In this document: piece by piece, positions 47,273 through 56,644 of the stretch
How positions within the stretch are numbered: the first letter of the stretch is position 1
Layout: each line of letters starts with the position of its first letter
Source: Candidatus Latescibacterota bacterium
Lineage (GTDB): Bacteria; Latescibacterota; UBA2968; GCA-2709665
Direction: 5' to 3'
Length of the DNA stretch: 64,000 bases
Assembly: GCA_965116875.1 (NCBI GenBank)
Contig: OZ220733.1
Location: 160,001-224,000, forward strand
The notes under the pieces: generated by a model
What the model was told of the DNA's origin: nothing
Database searches by the model: none
The model's input: the letters and a program-made list of their open reading frames with translations, nothing else
Translations under genes and position numbers: made by a program

Positions 47273-49075
47273 TCAGGTCAATCTCCAGACCAGCACGGTG
47301 GTGTCTGCGGAACCTGACAGAAGCCATCGTCCGTCCGGGCTGGCCGCAAGCGCGTGTACAGCCCCCTCGTGCCCGGTGAATTCGGCCGCCGGAGCAAGGG
47401 ATCCGGTATCCCGGACGGCCGCCCTGCCGTCCTCTCCGGCCAGACAGATCGACCCCGCTTCCGGAAGGTACAGGACTTCCTCCAGGCCGCCTCCATGCTC
47501 GTACGAACGCACCTCCCGTCCGTCCCGCAGATCCCACTCGACCACCCACCCGTCACGGCCCGCGGAGATCACATGGCCCTCAGGCCCGTAGGCCACGGAC
47601 TGGACCCAGCCACGGTGTGCGGTTGCCGTCGCGTTCAATGTCCCGGTCGCCAGGCGCCAGACCCTCACGGTGCCGTCCCGTCCACCACTCGCGAGTTGCC
47701 GCGCATCCGCCGAGACCGACAGCGCCAGCACGCCGCCCAGATGCCCTTCCAGCGTGCGCAAGGCCCGTCCTGTATCGGCATCCCACACGCGTATTGACCC
47801 GTCGTCGGCGGCGCTCACGACGTTGCGGGCGCCCGCAAAAGCCACCGCTCGAACGTATCCCCGGTGCCCTTTCAGTACGCGCACGTCCTTTCCGCTCGCA
47901 CACTCGAGAATCCTGACGCTGCCGTCCTTGCACCCCGTCGCAACCCGCGCGCCGTCGGGAGAGACCGCCAACGCGTGGACCTCGCCGCCCGTACACTCGA
48001 CCGTTCGCGTTGCCGTCCAATCCTCCGTGTCCCACCACCGGATGGTCTTGTCCGTCGATCCTGAAATCGCATGGGTACCGTCGGGAGTAACGACGAGCGC
48101 CCGCACACCCGCCATGTGCCTTTCCCACTGAAGGCGAGGCCGCCCGGTCGCCAGGCCGGTCTCCGCCAGCAGCCCGTCGCTGCCGTGTGACAGCGCCCAG
48201 TTTCCGTCGGGCGAAACCCGGATCCGGTTTACGTGGCTCTGATGCGGGTACCATCGCCGCAGGACCGTGGCGGTGTGACGGTCCCACAGCCGGATCGAAC
48301 CGTCCCTGGATCCGGTCAGGACCTGCCGGTCGTCCCGGCCATAAGCCACGGACGGCACCGCGTGCCCCAGGTGTCCTGTAAAGGTCTCAAGACACTCATG
48401 ATCGCGCAGCCGCCACTCGTTCGACTTGTGACGCGTGCCCACCAGCAGCCGCTCACCGTCTGCGGACAGGCACATATCGTAACAGACGTAGTCCTCCACG
48501 AAAGTCTTCAACCGGGCGCCGGTCGTCAGGTCGAACTGATAGACATTGCGGCCGGGTTGATGTGCTACCAGCGCCGTCCTGCCGTCCGGGGCATACAGGC
48601 AGTGATCGAAGTGCTCGCCGGCATCTGAAATCGCGATGCGACGCCGGCCCGTTTCCCGGTCCCACTCCTCCACGGTGCTCGTATCGCGGTCAAGCGTGAG
48701 CACCCGTTTTTCGTCCGGCGAAAACCGCAGTGAGACGAGCGACGCGCGTCCGGTGTCGAAGCGGACCGGTTCCCGCGTTTCTTCGGCCAGGTTCCACTCC
48801 CTTATCACGCCCGCTTCGTCGGCGAACAACGCCCTCGACACGTCGCGGTTCCATGCCGCTGCCGTGAGTCGATGCTCCGAAACCTGTTGCCGTGCAATGC
48901 AATTGCCCTGTATCAGATCCCAGATACAAAGGCATGCCCCCGAAAGCACGAATGCCCGCCCTCCGTCGGGGGAATAGGACATATCGGTCACCGACCCCCT
49001 CATCCGGCGGGTTCCCAGGCGCTGGATCGCGCGGTCCGGCAGGGGATCGCCAAGATGGTCCTTTAAACCGTTCAT
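47273..49075 (-). CDS. Cytoplasmic WD40-repeat protein
   Basis: GDPLPDRAIQRLG cap; divergent GH..SPDG..WD repeats; no signal peptide or dockerin-like tail. Confidence 0.85.
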   Translation of the reverse strand: MNGLKDHLGDPLPDRAIQRLGTRRMRGSVTDMSYSPDGGRAFVLSGACLCIWDLIQGNCIARQQVSEHRLTAAAWNRDVSRALFADEAGVIREWNLAEETREPVRFDTGRASLVSLRFSPDEKRVLTLDRDTSTVEEWDRETGRRRIAISDAGEHFDHCLYAPDGRTALVAHQPGRNVYQFDLTTGARLKTFVEDYVCYDMCLSADGERLLVGTRHKSNEWRLRDHECLETFTGHLGHAVPSVAYGRDDRQVLTGSRDGSIRLWDRHTATVLRRWYPHQSHVNRIRVSPDGNWALSHGSDGLLAETGLATGRPRLQWERHMAGVRALVVTPDGTHAISGSTDKTIRWWDTEDWTATRTVECTGGEVHALAVSPDGARVATGCKDGSVRILECASGKDVRVLKGHRGYVRAVAFAGARNVVSAADDGSIRVWDADTGRALRTLEGHLGGVLALSVSADARQLASGGRDGTVRVWRLATGTLNATATAHRGWVQSVAYGPEGHVISAGRDGWVVEWDLRDGREVRSYEHGGGLEEVLYLPEAGSICLAGEDGRAAVRDTGSLAPAAEFTGHEGAVHALAASPDGRWLLSGSADTTVLVWRLT

Positions 49076-50106
49076 GGTCCCACCCTCTGATCCGCCACGA
49101 GCTGACCCCCGGACCCCAGGAGGTTTCGGTACGCCCGCGTATTTCCCCCGGCCCGCACGACGTTTTCGGGCAGCGAACTGAGGCAGCGGTTATGGTGAAT
49201 GCGGGCATCCTGGCAGGGCGCACCCCGGATTACCACGCTGCGTACGTCCTGTGCGATAAACGTATTGTGATGAATATCCATCCAGTCGCCGGAGATCTCG
49301 GTTGCATCTCCCCGATCCTGCCCGCCGTGCATGTCGAAAAGGTGGCCGTTGGCGTGATTCAGGCAAATATTGTAACGCGCCTCGTAGCCGGAACCGGGCG
49401 TTCCGCTGGATGCGATATGGTGCCTGCACCAGTCGAACAGATTCGCCTCAACCAGCACCGTGGCGCCGTTGATGCTGACGCCGTAGCCAAGGCCGCCTTT
49501 CTGGTTGTGGTGGATAAAGTTGTGGTGCACGTAACCCCGGACCGCACCGTCGTCGAACCGGGTCGCCGCCACGCTGAATCCGCTGATCTCGCAGTTGTCG
49601 ATCTCCAGCGAGAAATGGGCGGCAAGGATTCCGTTGGATGTATGCGCCGCCCGGTCGCGGTGGGGGTAGGGGCCCCGAAGACGCAGCCCCGTTACGCGGA
49701 CGCAATCCCCCTCCGACCGGAAGAGAAAGGGCGTATCCGGCGCGTTTGAATAGACCAGACCTCCCGCCGAGCCGCCCGCGCCGCGGTCGCCGGCCAGCGT
49801 CACCGCTTCCGGAATACCCAGGCCCGGCCGACCGCCCATATCGATCTCGACGTTGGCCGGTACGAAGACCACGTCGCCCGCCGTCGCAGCTTCCAGCGCC
49901 CGCGCCAGCTCATCGTAACTGCGGACCGACCGGTCGCCGCGCCCGAACCCGTCCGTGTAGCCATCGCCTCCGCCAATCGGATTTCCCGTGGGATTGTTTT
50001 CCGCCCCGAATGTCTCCGGCCCGCCCTCCTGTTTCTCTTCACTCGCCCAGCGCGCCGTACGCGCCGTGAGAATCCCCCCGCCCGACCTCCGTTCGATTGA
50101 AATCAC
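49072..50106 (-). CDS. Right-handed beta-helix domain protein
   Basis: AGDVVFV, VTGLRLRGP, HHNFIHHN, HHNTF; GTG after GGAGG; ATGA overlap with the WD40 gene. Confidence 0.72.
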   Translation of the reverse strand: MISIERRSGGGILTARTARWASEEKQEGGPETFGAENNPTGNPIGGGDGYTDGFGRGDRSVRSYDELARALEAATAGDVVFVPANVEIDMGGRPGLGIPEAVTLAGDRGAGGSAGGLVYSNAPDTPFLFRSEGDCVRVTGLRLRGPYPHRDRAAHTSNGILAAHFSLEIDNCEISGFSVAATRFDDGAVRGYVHHNFIHHNQKGGLGYGVSINGATVLVEANLFDWCRHHIASSGTPGSGYEARYNICLNHANGHLFDMHGGQDRGDATEISGDWMDIHHNTFIAQDVRSVVIRGAPCQDARIHHNRCLSSLPENVVRAGGNTRAYRNLLGSGGQLVADQRVGP

Positions 50107-50141
50107 GGAAACACCTCCGGTTTTCGACGTCCGCAAATCCG

Positions 50142-51323
50142 CTAGTCCACCACGCCGCAGTAGTTCATCGCGATAAGCGCGTACACCTTCGCTGCCGCCT
50201 CGATGCGCGGCACCGACACCCACTCGTCATCGGAATGGGCCGTCTCATTCGACGGACCGTAGTAGAAGGTGGGCACCCCTGTCTCGTTCATATAGATGTT
50301 GGCATCGCCCACCAGCCGTCGTCCCACGTACCTGACGTCCGCGCCGACCACCTCCCGGTGGGCCGCGGCCGCAGCCCGGACCGCCGGATCGTCCCGCGGC
50401 GTTTCAAAAGGCTCACGCTGGAGCGCCATGTCGACGGTGAGCTTCATTTCCCCCGCCCTGGCGAACGGCTCGGCCATCGACTCCAGTTCAATCAGAATCG
50501 ACGACATCGTCTTTCCCGGCAGCCAGCGCCGCGTACCCGTAAGCACGCACCGGCCCGGCGTCCGGTTGAAGTAATCGCCGGCCTGTACGATGCCCAGATC
50601 GATCCGCTCCGGTCCGGCCAGGGGATGTACGTTCCCGGCATCCAGCTCCTTCTGGCGCTCGGTGATTCTCCGGATCAGGTCGCCCACGTGGCGGATGGGG
50701 TTTTCCGCAAACGGAACGTAGTTCGTGTGGGTGCCGCCCCGTTCGGACGTCAGCGTGATTGTAAACACCATCGACCCCATGCTCATCACCCAGAGTTCGT
50801 CTCCTCCCTCCACGATGAGAATACGGTCGCAACCGAGGCGTCCGCTGTTCACGTCCGCCACGAGCGCCAGGGGGCCGTCTTTTTCCGCTTCCGGCTCCTC
50901 GTGGCCGACCACACCGGTGACCAGAAGATCGCCCTTGAGACGCACTCCCGCGTCCTGCAGCGCCTTTGCCGCACCGAGCATGGCTGCCACGCCGCCCTTC
51001 ATATCCGTTGAACCCCGCCCGTAAATGCGGTCGCCCTCCCGTCGCACCGGGGTGCAGTCGCCAATGGGAATCGTATCCAGGTGACCGTTCAGAAGAAGCG
51101 TGGGGCCTTCGTTCGCGCCCCGGATCCCGGCGTACAGATTTCGCCGCCCCGGCGTCACCTCGTGCGCGTCCACGGCAAGGCCCAGGTCGGCCAACTGCCC
51201 CTCGAAACACGCACAGACTTCGGCTTCCTCGCCGGTAACGCTTGGAATCTCCACCAGCCTGAGCGCCTGCCGGGCCATCCAATCCCCGTCTATCGCATTC
51301 AGAACCGCCTCTCTTGCGTTCAT
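50142..51323 (-). CDS. M20 family metallopeptidase/deacylase (ArgE/DapE-like)
   Basis: LNGHLDTI, GRGSTDMKGG, GHEE, AHSDDE. Confidence 0.9.
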   Translation of the reverse strand: MNAREAVLNAIDGDWMARQALRLVEIPSVTGEEAEVCACFEGQLADLGLAVDAHEVTPGRRNLYAGIRGANEGPTLLLNGHLDTIPIGDCTPVRREGDRIYGRGSTDMKGGVAAMLGAAKALQDAGVRLKGDLLVTGVVGHEEPEAEKDGPLALVADVNSGRLGCDRILIVEGGDELWVMSMGSMVFTITLTSERGGTHTNYVPFAENPIRHVGDLIRRITERQKELDAGNVHPLAGPERIDLGIVQAGDYFNRTPGRCVLTGTRRWLPGKTMSSILIELESMAEPFARAGEMKLTVDMALQREPFETPRDDPAVRAAAAAHREVVGADVRYVGRRLVGDANIYMNETGVPTFYYGPSNETAHSDDEWVSVPRIEAAAKVYALIAMNYCGVVD

Positions 51324-51324
51324 T

Positions 51325-52056
51325 TCAGACCTCGCCGCAGGCACGGACAAATGCGTCCGACGTGGAAGTATAGCCGACGTTCGCTTCGATGAAACGGATC
51401 CCGAGGAAGCCCGCCAACCCTTCTGCCTCGGTTTCCGGGTATTCGAGGGTACTGCAGCAATCCCGAAGCACGATGACGCGGTAATTCCGGTACATGGCCT
51501 CGGTAACCGTCGTCCCCAGGCAAATCCGTGTGTCGAAGCCGACCGTCACCAGGTTGCGGATCCCCAGACTTCGCAGCAGCGAGTCCAGGTGGGTCTCGAA
51601 AAAGCCGCTGTACATCTGCTTCTTTACCAGATATTCGCCGGCCTCAGGGGCGATCACATCGGAAAACACAAGGATATCATTCGGTTCGGGCCACGCATCG
51701 AGCACGTCCACACCGCAGGTCCGGATGGACATGTTGCGCCACTCGGTCCGTTCATTGGTCGAGGGCGCCAGGTAATTCGTCACGTACACGACGGGAAGCC
51801 CAAGACTTTTCGCCGCGTCCTTGGCCGGCCGGATGTGCTCCACCACAATTTTCCGGTTTTTTTCGACTGCGGCGCGATACAACTCCGGAACATTCCCCGG
51901 ATCATCGTCGGGGTCATAGCCTTTTCCGTAGACGTCCACAAGGAAAAACGCCGTATCGTCCAGGCCCAGTTCAAGCTCCTGCTCCGCGTGGCCGAGATGC
52001 CGGGCGGGCGGGTGCTGCCGGTAATATCTGCATCTCAGACGGATCTTCTTTGACAT
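51325..52056 (-). CDS. Isochorismatase-family cysteine hydrolase
   Basis: LVDV, KKQMYSGF, GFDTRIC, LRDC. Confidence 0.85.
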   Translation of the reverse strand: MSKKIRLRCRYYRQHPPARHLGHAEQELELGLDDTAFFLVDVYGKGYDPDDDPGNVPELYRAAVEKNRKIVVEHIRPAKDAAKSLGLPVVYVTNYLAPSTNERTEWRNMSIRTCGVDVLDAWPEPNDILVFSDVIAPEAGEYLVKKQMYSGFFETHLDSLLRSLGIRNLVTVGFDTRICLGTTVTEAMYRNYRVIVLRDCCSTLEYPETEAEGLAGFLGIRFIEANVGYTSTSDAFVRACGEV

Positions 52057-52071
52057 CGACGCCTCCAGCGA

Positions 52072-53055
52072 TCAGTGAGTCTCCACCGTTACCGGCGTCC
52101 TGCGTTCCAGGGACAGATATGCGGCTTCCGAAAGCCGCGCGACCTGCAGGGCAAAGTCGGGGGCTTCGTACCCCTCACCGCCGCTCCGGATCCAGTCGAA
52201 AAACGCCGCATCGGGCGTTGTCTCGCGAATCCGATCGGGGATCGCCATGGGTTCGTCGTTCACCAGCACCGCCTTTACATCCCACTTGTAGAGATGGAAG
52301 ACGATGCATCCTTCCGACCCGTGGATGGCAATGCGCTCATCGTGATCCCTGGCGTTCCCGAAGGTGCTGATCGTGCCAACCGAGCCTCCTTCGAAGCGTA
52401 CGTTCAGAACCGCGTTGATGTCCACCTCCTTGTCGCCGTAGTCCATAAGCGCGGAGACTTCCACCGGCGCCAGCCCGGTGATCCAGAGCGTGGACGCGAC
52501 CAGGTGACTGCCGGTATCCATGAACATACCGCCGCCCGAAAGCTCCGGATCCAGGCGCCATCCCTTCACGCCCCCCCAATTCTGAGTCACGTAGGACACC
52601 ACCCCTCGCAACGCTCCGATACGCCCCTCCCGAATCAGTTCACGGGCGCACACGTGAGGCGCGAAATAGTTCCTCTGGTAGCTCACCTGCAGAAATCGTC
52701 CCTTCTGCGCCGCCAGGTCGATTAAAGCCCGTGTGTCCCTTGAGGAAACCGTCAGAGGCTTCTCCACCAGCACGTGCAATCCCGCTTCAAGCCCGAGCCG
52801 CGCCTGCTCGAAGTGCATCGAATGCGGTGAACTGATGAAGATCGCATCGAGCGCCTCGTCCTGAACCATGCGGCGGTAGTCTTCGTAGTGGGTGACTCTT
52901 CCGCCGTATCGATCCATCAACAGACGGGCCTGTTCAGGCACCGGATCCGCCACGCAGACCAGCCTCACGTCCTTTTCCGCCTGAATCCGCGGTACGTGGG
53001 CGCCGCGCATATTGCCGCCGCAACCGATCAGACCCAGTCGAATTGCTTCAGCCAT
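52072..53055 (-). CDS. Gfo/Idh/MocA family oxidoreductase
   Basis: IGCGG, HVLVEKP, GGGMFMDTGSH. Confidence 0.9.
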   Translation of the reverse strand: MAEAIRLGLIGCGGNMRGAHVPRIQAEKDVRLVCVADPVPEQARLLMDRYGGRVTHYEDYRRMVQDEALDAIFISSPHSMHFEQARLGLEAGLHVLVEKPLTVSSRDTRALIDLAAQKGRFLQVSYQRNYFAPHVCARELIREGRIGALRGVVSYVTQNWGGVKGWRLDPELSGGGMFMDTGSHLVASTLWITGLAPVEVSALMDYGDKEVDINAVLNVRFEGGSVGTISTFGNARDHDERIAIHGSEGCIVFHLYKWDVKAVLVNDEPMAIPDRIRETTPDAAFFDWIRSGGEGYEAPDFALQVARLSEAAYLSLERRTPVTVETH

Positions 53056-53071
53056 TCCACCCTCCATCGTG

Positions 53072-53917
53072 TCATTTGTTATCGCCCCCAGACCCGCACA
53101 AACACGATCTGACGTACTCCAGATTCCTGAGACTGTTTGCCGCCAGCCCGGTGAACGCGCTGTCGGCCACCTCAAACGCATCCGGACTGATGTCCAGATG
53201 CGTCTCCACCACAACGAAGCCGCTGAACCCGTCTGCAGAAAGGGCGCCCAACTGCCCGGGCCAGTCCACGAGCCCCGCTTCCGCCAGAGACCAGGCGCCC
53301 GTGCCCGGATCGAAATTCTTCACGTGTACGTGGGTTACCAGATCCTTCAGATTCGCATATTCCTCCGGATACGGCGACGCAGTACCCGCCCGGGCGGAAT
53401 TGCCGGGGTCCCAGCAAAGCGAGATTCTCTCTTCGCCCACCTGTCGAATCAGCCAGGCCGCCTCGGCGCCTGTCGCCCCCCAGCAGACCGCTTCGTTTTC
53501 CAGGGCCAGACGACAACCCTCCCTCGCCGCGACGTCGGCCATCTGTCCCAACCGGTCCACAGCCGCCGCGGGAGGACGGGGCGCCGCCGTCCGCTCAAAC
53601 GCGAAACAGGACATGCGATCGGTGCCCAATCGCAGCGCCCATTCGCACGCCCTGGGAAGCGATTCGCACAGGTGTGCGTCGATCCGGGGATTATCCAGCG
53701 GCCCCTTGAAAAAGCCCGGAGAAACCCCCGAAATGCCCAGACCCGCGTCCCGGACGCGCTCGTGGAAGGCTGTCAGCTCACTGTCGTCCACGGCCGGGAA
53801 CCGGCCGCCCGCGAGCTGACGCAACTCCACGTGCGAAACCCCCCAATCCGCCGCGAGGGATAGTGCCCGCGCCGGATCGTACCGATCGATTTCATCCGCA
53901 AAGATCGAAATCTCCAT
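53072..53917 (-). CDS. Sugar phosphate isomerase/epimerase (TIM barrel)
   Basis: FADEI, LALENE, WDPGN, HVHVKN, VVETH. Confidence 0.85.
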   Translation of the reverse strand: MEISIFADEIDRYDPARALSLAADWGVSHVELRQLAGGRFPAVDDSELTAFHERVRDAGLGISGVSPGFFKGPLDNPRIDAHLCESLPRACEWALRLGTDRMSCFAFERTAAPRPPAAAVDRLGQMADVAAREGCRLALENEAVCWGATGAEAAWLIRQVGEERISLCWDPGNSARAGTASPYPEEYANLKDLVTHVHVKNFDPGTGAWSLAEAGLVDWPGQLGALSADGFSGFVVVETHLDISPDAFEVADSAFTGLAANSLRNLEYVRSCLCGSGGDNK

Positions 53918-53976
53918 TTTCCACTCCCCGGCGTCTCCGTCCACTGCGCCCGTTCTGCGATTTATCGCGTGTCCCT

Positions 53977-54768
53977 TCATGAATCCTGCGGCCCCACAGG
54001 TTGGAGTGCCTCGATCATCTCTGTAGAAGTGACCGAGTACTTGCCGAACATCTCCAGAAACAGAATCGCGCCGCGGGTCTGCCACAACCCGTCCTGTGTT
54101 TCGAACGACTCCATGCCCGTACCACAATCCCTCAGGATGATGACCTCGTAGCCGCGCTTGCTCATTTCGATCGTTCCATAATCCCGCAGGAGGATGCACG
54201 CGTTGGTATTGAACCCCAGAAAGAACAGGAACAGGATCCCCTCTCGTTCGCAATACCGGTGCAGCTCTTCCCCGTTGTAGATGACAACCTCTCCGTCTTC
54301 CACGTGAACCAGCGGGTGCATCCGGCGCCTGGAACGCATTTCCACGATTTCTGGCTCCCTCGGCTCATCGGGTCTGGCATAGGCCGCGTACGCTCCGGCT
54401 TTGGATCTGAACTCCCGGGGCGGCCACGTTTCCCCCGAACCGGCCGGCTTCGACGGATCGTCGATCAGCTTCACCCAGGCCGGATGATGTTCGGCCAGAC
54501 CCGGCGCCGGCGCGTGGATGAGCCGCATGCCGCCCTTGCGGCAAGCCGCGAGCAGCGGAACGATGCGCGTCTCCACGATCGCGTCCGCCCGCTCCGCCGG
54601 TTCCTTCAGGTAGTGCTCTTCCCACACGTCCACCAGCACAAGCGCGGACTGCGAAAGCGGTACCCGCCAATCCAGATGGGCGTAATCCGTATTCTTCTCC
54701 TCCCAGGATACACCGGGGTCCACGTGCCACCGGTAATACCTCGGCCTGATGTGAAGTTCCCTTTCCAT
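53977..54768 (-). CDS. Isochorismatase-like cysteine hydrolase
   Basis: LVDVWE, IHAP, GFNTNAC, ILRDC. Confidence 0.78.
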   Translation of the reverse strand: MERELHIRPRYYRWHVDPGVSWEEKNTDYAHLDWRVPLSQSALVLVDVWEEHYLKEPAERADAIVETRIVPLLAACRKGGMRLIHAPAPGLAEHHPAWVKLIDDPSKPAGSGETWPPREFRSKAGAYAAYARPDEPREPEIVEMRSRRRMHPLVHVEDGEVVIYNGEELHRYCEREGILFLFFLGFNTNACILLRDYGTIEMSKRGYEVIILRDCGTGMESFETQDGLWQTRGAILFLEMFGKYSVTSTEMIEALQPVGPQDS

Positions 54769-54849
54769 AATTGCTCCATCGTTGAAGGGCAGGAAGGAAT
54801 GCGACGTTTCTGATGGTGTATCCGGATACTGCAGGTCCGCCTGATGCAG

Positions 54850-55656
54850 TTACGTATGCGCCGTCAGTGTCAGGGTGCGCTTGCCGTCCAGGCCGGAGAC
54901 CACCGGAAACGTTTTTTCGGATGGACCCTTTTCGCCCGGCACATAACGGACCGTCGGCGGGAAATAGGCATACAGCGCGGTGTGGCGCGGGCGAGGCGAC
55001 GTGTTCGGACCGGACCCGTGCACTGTCAGCGAATGAAACAGTACGGCGTCACCCGCCTTCAGCGATACGTCGATTCGGTTGGAAAGATCCACGTCTTGCC
55101 GATCCGTCAGCGATTCATCCTGACGACGGGCAATGTGTCCCCAGGACTGCAACCCCCATCTGTGGCTTCGGGGCAGGACCTGGATGCACCCGTTTTCCGG
55201 GCTGGCATCGGTCAGTGCGATACTTACGGTGACCAATGCCGGGGGCTGCATCGGCCAGTACGCGGAATCCTGGTGCAACCCGTGCGACGACCCGTGCCGG
55301 GCGGGTTTCAGCATCAGCGTACTCCGGAACAGAAGCAAGTCAGGTCCAAGAAACGACCCGACGAGGCGAATGAGCCGTGGATGCGCCGCCAGATCCCTGA
55401 AGATCTCGGAAAATTCCCGAGTCTGTTCGATTTTACGCAACACCGGCAGACCCTTCCGCGTGGCCTTTCCTGTAAAGGGTTCGAGTTGAAAACGACCTGA
55501 TGCGGGATCGCCGCGCGCATCGAGTTCGACTGCCAGACGATGCAACCGCTCGATTTCCCGCTCGCAAGCGGCCACCTCTTCCGCGGAAAGCAACGCCCTC
55601 GCCACGAGATAGCCATCTTCCTCGAATCGAATTTTCCGTGCATCCGGTTCCATCAT
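54850..55656 (-). CDS. Phytanoyl-CoA dioxygenase (PhyH) family 2OG/Fe(II) oxygenase
   Basis: HQD, ENGC..PRSH, AGDAVLFH..HGSGPN..R. Confidence 0.9.
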   Translation of the reverse strand: MMEPDARKIRFEEDGYLVARALLSAEEVAACEREIERLHRLAVELDARGDPASGRFQLEPFTGKATRKGLPVLRKIEQTREFSEIFRDLAAHPRLIRLVGSFLGPDLLLFRSTLMLKPARHGSSHGLHQDSAYWPMQPPALVTVSIALTDASPENGCIQVLPRSHRWGLQSWGHIARRQDESLTDRQDVDLSNRIDVSLKAGDAVLFHSLTVHGSGPNTSPRPRHTALYAYFPPTVRYVPGEKGPSEKTFPVVSGLDGKRTLTLTAHT

Positions 55657-55834
55657 CAGCCTTCTGAGATGTTTACGCCGCCTGCATCCGTAAAACCGTA
55701 CAAAACGAACCCGATTCTGTCAAACACAAAACCATAAGGCAGTCAGAGAATCTGAAATGCGACAATCAGCCTTCCACTGCGATTACACAATGGAGTTCCC
55801 GCGCGATCCGGACGACCAGTACAGCGGAACAATG

Positions 55835-56303
55835 GCCACAAAAAGCTCAGAAGGCACAGAAAACAACAAATGCAAAGCGGGATGTGTAAGAACCTCTCCT
55901 GGACCGTATTGGGTACAGCTGCCACCGGTGCTATTCGCCGGTCAACAGGGTCGTTTTTCTCATTTTGTGTTTTTGTGCCTTTTATGGCAATTGCCTTGCT
56001 GGAAAAATGACCACAAAGGGACCAAAAGCCAACCATTGTGAAGAAAAGTCGACCGTCCGAATCGGGTCTTTGCCTTATACGTAACCATCCTGCGGTTCAC
56101 GGAATATGGTATTTTGCATTTGTGTTCTTGTGCATCTTGTGGCAGATTGACCTACTAAAGTATGATTTCCTTACCTGGAGTTTTGGTGCCCCAGGGTGCG
56201 ACGAAACGCCCTGTGTCCATGTGGAGTTTTCGCAATATTCTTAACCATTTAATGGTTCACGGAGTAAGGCCTATCCCACACTGTGTCTTGCGCCCTTTGT
56301 GGC
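55835..56303. repeat. Cluster of five (G)CCACAAA..GCACA-type REP-like units in mixed orientation
   Basis: Forward units at ~55835 and ~56009; reverse units ending at 55988, 56143 and 56303. Confidence 0.6.
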
Positions 56304-56319
56304 AATGGGAGGACCGCTA

Positions 56320-56607
56320 ATGCGATTTCCAGTTGCGATTCACAAAGACGACGGTACTGGCTATGGCGTCACCGTGCCGGACCTTCCGGGGTGCTTCTCG
56401 GCAGGAGAAACTCTGGAAGACGCCATTGTCTCAGCTCACGAAGCCATCGCCTGCCACATTGAGGGGCTGTTGATGGATGGTGAGCCGATTCCCGATCAGG
56501 CGCCCATCGAGAACCACCGGGCTCGCGAAGCCGGAGATCCGACCTGGGCAATCGTGTCCGTCGACGTATCCAGGCTGTCGAGTGCGATCCAACGAGACGA
56601 ATCTTGA
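56320..56607 (+). CDS. hicB: HicB-family antitoxin, N-terminal domain only, orphan
   Basis: YGVTVPDLPGCFSAGETLEDA..EAI..HIEGL; GGAGG RBS. Confidence 0.85.
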   Translation: MRFPVAIHKDDGTGYGVTVPDLPGCFSAGETLEDAIVSAHEAIACHIEGLLMDGEPIPDQAPIENHRAREAGDPTWAIVSVDVSRLSSAIQRDES

Positions 56608-56644
56608 GCGTCGGAGGAGGCCGCAAACCCCGTCTCAAGGGTCC

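Noticed and set aside
55835-56303. CRISPR array
   Set aside because: Units are degenerate, in mixed orientation and irregularly spaced, and there are no cas genes.
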